Origin: Candidatus Poribacteria bacterium
GTDB taxonomy: Bacteria > Poribacteria > WGA-4E > WGA-3G
DNA: 64,000 nt
Reading direction: 5' to 3'
Assembly (NCBI GenBank): GCA_965197475.1
Contig: CBDANF010000002.1
Location: forward strand, 352,001 to 416,000
Part shown: positions 1-10,103 of the stretch, one piece after another
Numbering within the stretch: the first letter of the stretch is position 1
Layout of the letters: each line of letters begins with the position of its first letter
Program-made: the position numbers and the translations under genes
The notes under the pieces: generated by a model
What the model saw: only the letters and a program-made list of their open reading frames with translations
Database searches by the model: none
What the model was told of the DNA's origin: nothing

Positions 1-1770
1 AAGTTGTTCAAGTTCATCCTGCAAGAGCTGTGTTTCATAAATACCAGCGTAAATACCGTTCTTTTCCAGCAGTTGCTCATGTGTGCCAGATTCAACGATG
101 CTGCCATCATTCAAAACGATAATGTGATCCGCTGCTTTGACTGTTGAAATCCTATGTGAAATAAGGATAGTCGTCCGATCTTGCATGATTTCTGCAAGTC
201 GGCTCAGAATTGTATCTTCTGTCAGTGTATCCACATTTGCAAATGCGTCATCAAGTATAAGAATTTTGGGTTTAATCATAATCGCGCGTGCAAGGGCACT
301 CCGCTGGCGTTGTCCACCCGAAATTGTGATCTCACGTTCGCCAAGGAAAGTTTGCAATCCGTCTGGAAACTCCTCAATTTGCGACAGCAGATCGGCACTG
401 TGCGCTGCCTCCCTTATCTCATCGTCATTCGGGGTGTCCACGCCGTAAGCGATGTTATTCCGTAAATAATCTGAAAATAGAAATGGCTCCTGTTCTACAA
501 ATCCGATATTGGAGCGAAGGACGCTCAACGGTATATCCCGAATGTCTACGCCGTCAATAAAAATGGTGCCGCGCGCGGCTTAGCGGATGCGCGGAATAAG
601 ATTAACAAGGCTGGATTTTCCTGATCCTGTTCCACCTACAATTGCAAGCGTGCTGCCTTGTTTAATTTTAAGATTGATATTTTTTAGTACGGGCTGCCTG
701 TCAGGATAGGAAAAATTTAGGTTCCTAAATTCAATTGCACCTTCAATGCCTTTAATGTTCCATTTAACGTTTTCGCTATCGTAGATTTCTGGTTCTTCAC
801 TGAGGATTGCGTTTATCCGATCCATTGATGCGGCTCCCCGTTCAAACGTATTTACAATGAAACCGAGCATAATCATTGGGCGAACAAGCATCATGAGGTA
901 GGCGTTGAAAGCCACAAAATCGCCCAGCGTTATTTTTTCTTGAATTACATGGAGTCCACCCATCCAGAGAAGTACCACGCCACCGATTCCCCGCAGAAAT
1001 CGGAATAGCGGAAAGAAGAAACTCATCAACCGGATCTGTCCGTGGTTACGATTGACAAATTCTTGATTCAGTTCCTTGAAGTGTTCGGCCTCATTCGCCT
1101 CAAGGGTATATGCTTTGACAACACGCACACCAGATAAATTCTCTTGCACTTTCGTGTTCATTGTTGAAAAAGCCTCTTGGATGCGTTCGTAGCGCACATG
1201 CAAGCGTTTTCCAAGGAAGCGAATTATAATTGCAAGTATAGGGTAGGGTAACAAAGCGACGAGCGTCAGCGTAGCATCAATACGCAACATGATCGCGAGT
1301 GCTAATCCAAAAAACACCGTGGCATCGGCAGTATACATGATGGCACTGCTAAGAACCATCCTGATAGCGTTTAGATTGCTGGTTGCGCGTGTCATCAAAT
1401 CGCCAGTGCGGACATTATCGTAATAGGAGGCTGATAGTTTTTGGAGATGAAGAAAAAAGTCCGCGCGGAGATGAAATTCCATCTGCCGAGCAACACCTTG
1501 AATAGTGTGGCGTTGAGCGAAACGCAGGATTCCACCAACAAGCGCAACGCCAAAAATGAGAGCTGCAAAAAAGAGAATCCGCCCTTGAGACACCGTCAGG
1601 TTCGGGTCTCTATCCGCTTGTTGTAACTCATCAAAAAAAGTTTTCAGTATCTGCGGGCTAATCAGAAGAAGTCCATTTGTTAAAACAACGAGGATGAAGC
1701 TAAACAAGATAGCGTATTGATAACGTTTAACGTATTTACCGAGACCAAGTAGACTGCGAATAGTCAGCAT
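1..1770 (-). pseudogene. ABC exporter (MsbA/MdlA-like fused TMD+NBD) with an in-frame TAA at 580-582; 3' end runs off the window
   Basis: TMD and Walker A (GGTGSGKS) lie in ORF 580..1770. The same frame continues past TAA as AARGTIFIDG...QEPFLF...ISGGQRQR...ILILDDA...SHRIST, supplying the Q-loop, signature, Walker B and H-loop. Confidence 0.85.
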
Positions 1771-2050
1771 CCTTTCCGCGCCGGCGAATCTGGACCGCGT
1801 GTGTTGCTTAAAATTTGGTATTTCATTTTGACGTGAATTTGTGTAGGGTGTTTAATCGAGTTTTACGACAAGAATGGATGAGGCGGTTTGCATCCACACC
1901 ATTTTGTGTAGTGAAAGGCATAAAAGTGCATCCAATAATGTGTATAAGTGAATCATCATTTTTATATTTTGGTGAAAACCTGCCCGCTTCTAATCGTGGG
2001 AAGGAACGCCAACATAATCCTAAATATACCAATTACCAAGAGGACAAATT

Positions 2051-4044
2051 ATGCAAAATAGTAAAAAATGGACGCCTGCTTTAGAGCAGACTGAAAACAG
2101 TGATATAACTACCTGGGAACTTCCTGAGGGTGCTATTGCGCGATTAGGACAAGGAATAGTAAGGCGTGACCCGGCATATTCTCCCTGTGGGAAGCACCTT
2201 GTATTCGGAAGCGATATCGGGGTATGGTGGTATGATATATCTACTATGTCCCCTATTGCTTTGTGGGACACAGAGCGCGGATATATCTCTGCCGTCTCCT
2301 TTTCTCCAAACGCCAAATGGCTTGCTACTGGTGATGGAGATGGTCTCGTCAAAGTATGGGATGTACAGCGGGCTGTTTGCATCTCCCAAATGGAACGAGA
2401 TGAAGCGGAGAGACCTTATCATAGGGTTTCCCGCCTCATCTTTTCACCGGATAGCGAGTTTCTTGCTGTTTCCAGTCAGCGTGACTACATCCTATACGTC
2501 TGGAACACTGAAACAGGAGAACAGATTGCCAAATTTCACGAAAATACCAATTACAGATGGTTTCCTTTTCTACTACGCCCTATTGTCTTTTCTCCGGATG
2601 GCAGTTTGATCGCTTGCACAATGCCTGATGATAGCTTATTCGCACATGCAGATCGCGGTGGTACAATCCGTCCTCCCGAACATTCTTCCAACTATATCGC
2701 TGTATGGAATATAAAAATAGGTGAACAACTAACTTGTCTTACAGAACATCCTGATTTTGTTTATAGTGTTGTCTTTTCACCCTGTGGAAAGTTTCTTGCA
2801 TCCGGAGGACAGAATGGCGCAGTCCGGGTTTGGTCAGTCGTGAATTGGGAGTTGATCCACACTTTCCAGAATTACGGAACAGAACGGAAAAGGGTTTTCT
2901 ATTCTCCAGAGGGTATGCTATACGCTTTAGAAGTATTTGATGATGCCTTCATCGTGTGGGATGTAGCGCGCGGTGAAAAGTGCAACTTCTACCTTGAAGA
3001 GCACAGTTTTCTCCATGATGCCCACGTTCCCAAGGGCACCCCATTCGTTTTAGCTACCTACAATCCCAATGAATTTAGAAAATGGACGGTGGGTAATTCA
3101 GAACCGTGTTCGTTTCCTCATTTACACTCGGGCGTTTCATTTTCACTTGTTTTTGCGCCAGATGGGAAAACACTCGCAGGCGGGGGGTTGAGCAAAAAGG
3201 TGTCGTTGTGGGACATTTCCCAACCATCTTCACCGCCATCTTGTTTCAATCTACCTGGAAAAGTATACACACTCTCTGTGTCCCCGCAGGGGGAAATCTA
3301 CGCAACAGGGCGCGACGGTATAACAGCAAAGATGTGGGACATTGGAAACACGGATGCGCCAGTTGCCACTTTCACACTCCCAGAAGAAAAAAACCTCTTT
3401 CCGAACAAGAATGGCAGGTGTCAACAGCAGCGTTCGCACAGAAAAACAACCTGTTGGCATGTGGGGATAGTGATGGCACGCTATATGTGTGGAATGTGCA
3501 GCAACAGCACATACAACACGCGTTCAAAGCACATGATGGATGGATTCATTCAATAGCTTTTAGCCCAAATGGAAAACTACTTATAAGCATTAGGACAACT
3601 GGACCTGTTGCCCGATTATGGGATATAGAAAGTGGTGAACCGATTGACACGTTCCCAGAAAAAACTTATGCTTTTGCTTTCTCACCTTGTAGTGCCTTAA
3701 TTGCTATCGGTAAGGGAAAGGAGGTTCTTTTGTGGGATATTGAGCATGGTGAAACTGTCATGACTATCCCTCACCCGAGGGATAGTTGGAGTCCATTTGC
3801 GTTAGCTTTTTCACCGTGTAGTCGTTTTTTGGCTTCTGGTGCGTGGTGGATACGTGGATTTGGTATGAAAAAGTGTCCCGTGCTGTTATGGGATGTTTCG
3901 AGTGGTAAAAATATCGCCGCCTTCCGAGGACACAGCAGTGATGTTCAATGTCTCGCTTTTTCTCCGGATAGCGAGATTTTAGCGAGTGGCGGTTATGATG
4001 GCGCCATCATGCTTTGGGATATCAAACCTTATATAGACTCCTAA
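2051..4044 (+). pseudogene. WD40-repeat beta-propeller protein 1, frameshifted at the A7 run 3387-3393
   Basis: ORFs 2051..3556 and 3106..4044 join as PEEKKPLSEQEW if one A is added; the joined protein is colinear with paralogue 4124..6145. Confidence 0.85.
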
Positions 4045-4123
4045 ACACCAACAAGTATAACACTATACTAAGCCATAAACAATCTCTAATCAAAATTATA
4101 AATCTTACAGGGAAACTGAATTC

Positions 4124-6145
4124 ATGCAAAATTGTGAAAAATGGACTCCTGCTTTAAGGCAAACTGAAAACAGTGATATAACGACTTGGGAACTTCCTGA
4201 TGGTGCGGTTGCGAGATTAGGACAAGGACAAATAATGGACGATATAACACCGCAACCAATTGCGCCCTCACCAGATGGGAGATATATCGCTGTAGGCAAT
4301 AGAATGGGAGTTTGGTGGTATGATGTTTCCACCATGATACCTGTCACCTTGTGGGACACAGGGAGGGGATGGATTACTGCTATCTCATTTTCACCCAATG
4401 GCAAATGGCTTGCTACAGGTGACGGGGAAGGGGTCGTAAAAGTATGGGATGTGCAACGCGGTATGTGTATTTCACAGATGAAACGAGATGAGACGAAGAA
4501 AACAGAGCAAAATGTGTCCGGAGTAAATCTTGTATCACATTTAGTCTTTTCTCCAGATAGTCGTCATCTTACATCCTCAGTCCTTCGTGACTATATCGTG
4601 TATGTTTGGCAGACAGAAACAGGTGATAGGGTCGCAAAATATCATATTGAAACCAATTTCAGATGGTACCGTGGCAAACCTCGTCCTATTGCCTTCTCCG
4701 CCGACGGCACCCTACTGGCATGCACGATGCCCGACTACAATTTGCTGGCTTGTGCAGACTCTTTAGATAGAATAATTCGAATTCCTGAACACTCCTTTAA
4801 CTATATTGCGGTATGGAATATGAAGACCGGTGAACAGATCGCTTGTCTAACAGAACCTACGGATTTTGCTGTGAGTCTCTGCTTTTCGCCGTGTGGGAAG
4901 CTTCTTGCATCCAGTGAACAGAAAGGTGCGGTTAGGATTTGGACACTTGACAATTGGAAACTGAAACGGGAATTCCACAATTATGGAACAGATCCAAAGA
5001 AAGTCTTCTATTCGTCAGAGGGTGTACTATATGCTGCTGAAGTCTCTGATGATACCTTCGCCGTGTGGGATGTAGAAAGTGGTGAAAAGTCCGACACGTA
5101 CCTTGAAGCACACCATGCCCTTCAAGGCAACCATTTACCAAAGGATTGCCCATTATTCTCCGTAACCGATAAGGAGTTTAAGGTGTGGAAAGTCGGCGAC
5201 TCCACACCGAATACGTTTAGTTATTTAAATATAGGTATTCCTAATTCGCTCGCCTTTTCTCAGGATGGAAAAACCCTTGCAGCCTCATGTTCGGGAAATA
5301 CATTGATGTTCTGGGACACTGCCAAGCTTTCTCAACCTCCAAAACGTTTTAACAAGGCGCGGGGAAACTTCACTTTTTCTATGTCACCGCTCGGTAAATT
5401 GTATGCGACTGCACCTGAGCAGGGCACTACGAAAGGACGGATTATAAGTGTATGGGAAATTGGAAAGGACAAGATACCAATTGCCTCTTTCACGTTCCCT
5501 GAGCAAGAAAATCCAGTAGCACTGTATAGTTCAGTATTCGCACCGACATGTAACTTGATCGCATGTGGAGATAATGAAGGTACACTCTATGTGTGGGATG
5601 TAGCGCGAGAGAAGATGTTACATCAACTCAAAGCACATTCCTCTTGGATACATTTTATTGCATTTAGTCCGAATGAAAAACAACTTGTGAGTATCAGGCG
5701 TGCAGGTCCCGTATCTCGAATGTGGGATGTTGAAAGCGGTGAAGCAATTGAAGCATTTCCAAACAAAGTCACGCACATTGCATTTTCACCATGTAGTTCC
5801 ATTGTCGCTTGTTGTGGCGAAAGAGAAATTCTATTATGGGATATTGAGCATCGTGAAATGATCAAGACCATTCCGCAGCCGAAGGATAGTTGGGAGCAAC
5901 TGTATGCGTTAGCATTTTCACCGTGTGGACGATATCTTGCGTCCGGCACGTGGTGGAATGTGTGGATGGATAATATGCTAATTAGATTGTGGGATGTTGA
6001 AAGCAGTGAAAATATCGTCACTTTTCGGGGGCACAGTAGCGATATACAAGAACTTACCTTCTCACCAGACGGAACGATTTTAGCAAGTGGAAGTTATGAT
6101 AAAACTATTCTACTCTGGGATATGAAACCTTATATCGGAAGTTAG
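4124..6145 (+). CDS. WD40-repeat beta-propeller protein 2 (intact)
   Basis: Multiple FSPDG...LASGS.D.TI.LWD repeats; N-terminal WELPDGAVARLG motif. Confidence 0.93.
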   Translation: MQNCEKWTPALRQTENSDITTWELPDGAVARLGQGQIMDDITPQPIAPSPDGRYIAVGNRMGVWWYDVSTMIPVTLWDTGRGWITAISFSPNGKWLATGDGEGVVKVWDVQRGMCISQMKRDETKKTEQNVSGVNLVSHLVFSPDSRHLTSSVLRDYIVYVWQTETGDRVAKYHIETNFRWYRGKPRPIAFSADGTLLACTMPDYNLLACADSLDRIIRIPEHSFNYIAVWNMKTGEQIACLTEPTDFAVSLCFSPCGKLLASSEQKGAVRIWTLDNWKLKREFHNYGTDPKKVFYSSEGVLYAAEVSDDTFAVWDVESGEKSDTYLEAHHALQGNHLPKDCPLFSVTDKEFKVWKVGDSTPNTFSYLNIGIPNSLAFSQDGKTLAASCSGNTLMFWDTAKLSQPPKRFNKARGNFTFSMSPLGKLYATAPEQGTTKGRIISVWEIGKDKIPIASFTFPEQENPVALYSSVFAPTCNLIACGDNEGTLYVWDVAREKMLHQLKAHSSWIHFIAFSPNEKQLVSIRRAGPVSRMWDVESGEAIEAFPNKVTHIAFSPCSSIVACCGEREILLWDIEHREMIKTIPQPKDSWEQLYALAFSPCGRYLASGTWWNVWMDNMLIRLWDVESSENIVTFRGHSSDIQELTFSPDGTILASGSYDKTILLWDMKPYIGS

Positions 6146-6218
6146 CACCTCAGCGTGTGCAGGTGCAATTTCCAGCTACAATCTTATCAATACATACAAA
6201 CCTAATCAAGGAGTAAAT

Positions 6219-8356
6219 ATGAAACAAAATAGAAGACCGGCACTATTCAACGTTGTGCCGGGTGACACGGAAGGAACTACATGGGCATTACCAGAAGGTG
6301 CAATCGCTCGACTCGGGAAAGGTAGAAGTCATAAAATAGCACTCTCCCCAAATAGGAAGTATTTCGCTGTTGGAACACTTGTGGGACTATGGTGGTATGA
6401 AATGTCGTCACAAGCACCTATCGCTTTGTGGGAAACAGAACGAGGGATGATTTCCACTCTGGATTTTTCACATAATGGTGAGCGGATTGCTATTGCCAAT
6501 GATGACGGTATAATCAAAGTGTTGGATGCTCAGAGTGGTGAGTGCCTCACGCAGATGAAACGGATGCAAGAACATAATGTTTATTGGCACATTGCATTTT
6601 CCTCGGATAGTAAGTGGATTGCCACAGCAAATCAGAACGGAGTCGTTGAGGTTTTGGATGTCCATGAAAGTGATTGCATCGCACAGATGGATCGTAGTGA
6701 ACGTGAAATCATTTCCAGTAATATTATCCGCTTGGCATTCTCTCCAAATGGAAAGTACGTGGCTGCTACTGCACATAATCCCGGATCAGAAGGAACACTA
6801 ACTTCCATCTGGTGTTCAGAGACAGGTGAGTTAATGTTTAACTTCAATGGTGATAGTTTTGTATTCTCTCAAGATGGTCATCTACTGGCTGCAGCCATCC
6901 CTGTCGAATCCAACGATGATAACAGTGCAGAACATGGCGTAGTGTGGAATATTGTTACGGGTGAACGTATTACAAACACATCAAGTCATGACGACTGGAT
7001 AGAGATTATCACCTTTTCGCCCTGTAGCAAATTCCTCGTATATACTGATAGTGATACAATTCTATATGTAAGGGACATCGTAGAGAATGTAAATAACAAG
7101 GTCGCTCATGTAAAAGGTGTGTGCGGTTATTTTCATGAAGGCAATGGCCACACGGGTTAAATTTTCATTTGCACTCATTCTTTACATGAGCCAACAAGGT
7201 TTGTACTGATTTTTCAATGCATAGGACACTGCCATTTTACACACAGGAAGGGGAGTTATTTGCAATTGTGAACGGTGAAGATACTATGGAAGTATGGAAT
7301 GTTGAACGCGAAGAAAAACTGCCTATTCCTGAAATACATCCTAAAAGCATTGATGCTATGTGGTTAAAAGAGTTTCCACAGTTGGCACTTACCGACATAT
7401 CGTTGAACAAAATGTCAAAGTTAGGTAACAACATACACCTAATCCCAACGCTCCGTAAATTTGATCATGTGCCACAACCTGTTCGATTTTTGCCGGATGG
7501 AAAGACTGTTGCAAGCACAAGTAATCGTATGGGAATTGTGTTATGGGATGTTGAAAGTAGAAAGGTCCGGGATACGTTACTTGGGAACATAGTAATTTCT
7601 TCTTTTCTTGTTTTACCTTGTGGGAATATTATTGGGGATTGTACCTTTGACAATAACGTAAATGTGTGGAGTTCTGATGAATTGGACAAACCCATTGCTG
7701 AATTCTCAGAAACCGAACAAACTGAATTGGGTCGTGGTAGAGCATTTGCACCTACAGGGGACAAATTTGCTATTGGAAGTAGAGAAGGAACAATCTATCT
7801 ATACGATTTTAGGAATAAGGAAAAGTTAAAGCCACTTATAGGACACAGAGATTTCATTTGGTCAGTTGCTTTCTCACCAGACGGTAAAAGGATAGCAAGC
7901 GGTTCTGTTGATAGAGTTCCACGTTTGTGGGACGTTGAAACAAGCGAAGAGATTGCCGCACTGCCTTTAGACAAACCAAGGATACTTATGGGGATTGCCT
8001 TTTCGCCATGTGGGAAAGTGATAGCTGGTGGGATGTATGGTGAACTACGAATCTGGTGTGCCGAAACCCTGACAACGCTTTTTGCAATACCGCAGCCAGA
8101 AACACAGAAACCGTATGCACTTGCATTTTCACCGTGTGGGTACTACCTCGCATCTGGTACTTGGTGGCAGAAGGGAATGGAGAAAATGGCAATTAGGTTA
8201 TGGGATGTTGCAAGTGGTGAGAATTTCGCCACTCTTTGGGGGCACCCGACAGATATTCAATCGCTCGCATTTTCACCGGATGGTATGCTGCTGGCGAGTG
8301 GTAGTTTTGATGGCACCATCATGCTTTGGGATATGAAACCTTATATCGGAAGTTAG
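6219..8356 (+). pseudogene. WD40-repeat protein 3, interrupted by a 91-bp MITE
   Basis: Removing 7102-7199 fuses the two ORFs in frame: ...VENVNNK-VCTDFS-MHRTLPFY... Confidence 0.9.
7102..7192. mobile_element. MITE family A, copy 1
   Basis: Inverted repeats gctcatgtaaa/tttacatgagc; 7-bp target duplication AACAAGG at 7095-7101 and 7193-7199; inverted homologue at 20423. Confidence 0.9.
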
Positions 8357-8426
8357 TACCTCAGTGTAGGTGCAAAGTCCAATTTACACACAATTTAAGG
8401 TTGACATAGCAGATGGAAATATACAG

Positions 8427-8462
8427 AATGAGTGGATGATAAATATTCATCCACCACTCATT
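8427..8462. terminator. Hairpin between convergent genes, possible bidirectional terminator
   Basis: aatgagtgg...ccactcatt stem. Confidence 0.45.
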
Positions 8463-8480
8463 ATAAATTATGTGTAGGTT

Positions 8481-9278
8481 CTAAGACTGAGATTTTTCCA
8501 ATGTTTTGATACCGGGCCAATCTCGCCACATATCTTCATTCGGCGGCTCTTCTTGTGTTTCCGACAATTCAGTTTTTCTGAAATCGTAGAGGACCGCCTG
8601 TCGAAGCTGCCGCGAATAGTTATGCCCAGCAGCATGTCCGATGCGATGATGCCAAAAAACTATATCACATGCGTTCCCATGGCATTCAACACCGGATTCT
8701 CTGCTCAAACGTTCACGATCAACATCATATTGTGGAGTCGGTTCGTTCTTATATTGCGATTTGTAGTCGTAATATAAGATTTTATGGCTTCCGGGCCAGA
8801 CGGTAAACGCACCACCTTCGGGCGGAACATCATCAATATACCCAACAACCCCGAGGTGAAACGGATGCGCATCAACGTGACACCCGATTGATTTTTTCGG
8901 AACATCCCCGTAAGGAAGTGTGCAATAAATACCGCGCACACGTTCGGGACGCACCAAATTGCCTTCACCTAAAAACTGTTCTGCCATTCGCCACACGTTC
9001 GGATCGGTGGCAAGCAACCTGACCATCCACTCTTCACCGCCGGGTTCACGGAAGTTCCAGCGAAAGCCTTTTCGCCTATTTTTATTATCCTCATTCTCTT
9101 CTTCAGGTTTGAAGGGGCCAACCCATGTTTCGGGGTCTTCGCGTCGTCTTCCCTCCGGAGCACCTTCCCATAACTTCACACGCGCCCGTTCCATGAGTTC
9201 CGGGTTTAGAACGTTCCGTTTAACCAAATAACCTTCGTTTTTGAAAAATTCAATATCTTCTGGCATCAGTTCAACCAT
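8481..9278 (-). CDS. Phytanoyl-CoA dioxygenase (PhyH) family Fe(II)/2-oxoglutarate oxygenase
   Basis: FFKNEGYLV start, HVD motif, VWPGSH, distal His (WHHRIGH); AGGAG RBS before ATG 9278. Confidence 0.88.
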   Translation of the reverse strand: MVELMPEDIEFFKNEGYLVKRNVLNPELMERARVKLWEGAPEGRRREDPETWVGPFKPEEENEDNKNRRKGFRWNFREPGGEEWMVRLLATDPNVWRMAEQFLGEGNLVRPERVRGIYCTLPYGDVPKKSIGCHVDAHPFHLGVVGYIDDVPPEGGAFTVWPGSHKILYYDYKSQYKNEPTPQYDVDRERLSRESGVECHGNACDIVFWHHRIGHAAGHNYSRQLRQAVLYDFRKTELSETQEEPPNEDMWRDWPGIKTLEKSQS

Positions 9279-9419
9279 AGTCAGCTCCTTTCTTATAGCA
9301 AATTTTAACGATTTCTTAAGCAAAAAGCAACATAAATTTGAAAATGTGCGAAATCGTTAGGTTTTCTGCATGCAGTTATCAGGATAATACAAGAATTAAA
9401 TGGCTCTGAATATTTATGC

Positions 9420-9542
9420 CAGAGCCATTCAATTCTCAAGTAGTTGCTACTTTCTGATAACGGTCTTTCCGCTGTAGGAGCGATCTCCGAATCACGACTT
9501 TTCGGATAAACTGGACAAAAAGTCTAAAACTAAATAACCTTG
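9420..9542. mobile_element. MITE family B, copy 1 (degenerate right end)
   Basis: Begins cagagccattcaattctcaagtagttgctact, matching 14718 onward; contains a GTAG hairpin. Confidence 0.75.
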
Positions 9543-9558
9543 TGGGAAGAGGAAGATG

Positions 9559-10026
9559 TTAGAAAAACTGCAGCCTACCGCCATGCAGGACTATGTCTTT
9601 TCCTGCTTCATGCAGTGTAACACGTTTCGATTGAATCTCTTTTACACGCGCATCGTCAAGGGTATCCCCAACTTTGACGATATGCATGCGATTTGAACGC
9701 CGCTCCAATATAAACGCCTTTGAATCTGCTGAGTTCTGGGAAACTGTTGTGCCGATAAGGGTATAGTCCGGCTGTTTTCTGGGCGGTTGCCAACCGAGTG
9801 GATGGAAGATATTGTTGTCAATGATAGTCTGGTAGAATGAATCGGGTGTGCTATCGGTGTTCCTTGTGGTAGCATCGCGCTGCATCGACTTTGATGTTCT
9901 TGATGTCGCTCGCGTTTGTTCCACAGCTAAATTGGCAGGGGCAGCTGGACGCAGATAAAGACTGCCCGCAGTCAATAAAATAAGCAATCCAACAAAGAGA
10001 AGTCCGAATATGCGAAGGTTCATCAA
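9559..10026 (-). CDS. Membrane-anchored protein with a T2SS GspC(HR)/PilP-like domain
   Basis: N-terminal TM helix; C-terminal YTLIGT...AFILE...VKVGDTL...RVKEIQSKRVTL pattern. Confidence 0.65.
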   Translation of the reverse strand: MMNLRIFGLLFVGLLILLTAGSLYLRPAAPANLAVEQTRATSRTSKSMQRDATTRNTDSTPDSFYQTIIDNNIFHPLGWQPPRKQPDYTLIGTTVSQNSADSKAFILERRSNRMHIVKVGDTLDDARVKEIQSKRVTLHEAGKDIVLHGGRLQFF

Positions 10027-10103
10027 AGTGTGCCCGGGTGAATAGAAGAAAGGCAGGCACCACTACAAGGTGTCTGCCTTTTGGGTTGAGAGTTTCAGCA
10101 TCG

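Noticed and set aside
580-582. In-frame TAA as recoding or an alternative genetic code
   Set aside because: TAA ends many intact genes in this window; the site is not catalytic; mutation or error is simpler
2051-8390. Integron cassettes or a diversity-generating retroelement behind the WD40 array
   Set aside because: No attC-like RYYYAAC/GTTRRRY pairs, integrase, reverse transcriptase or adenine-specific template/variable repeat pair seen
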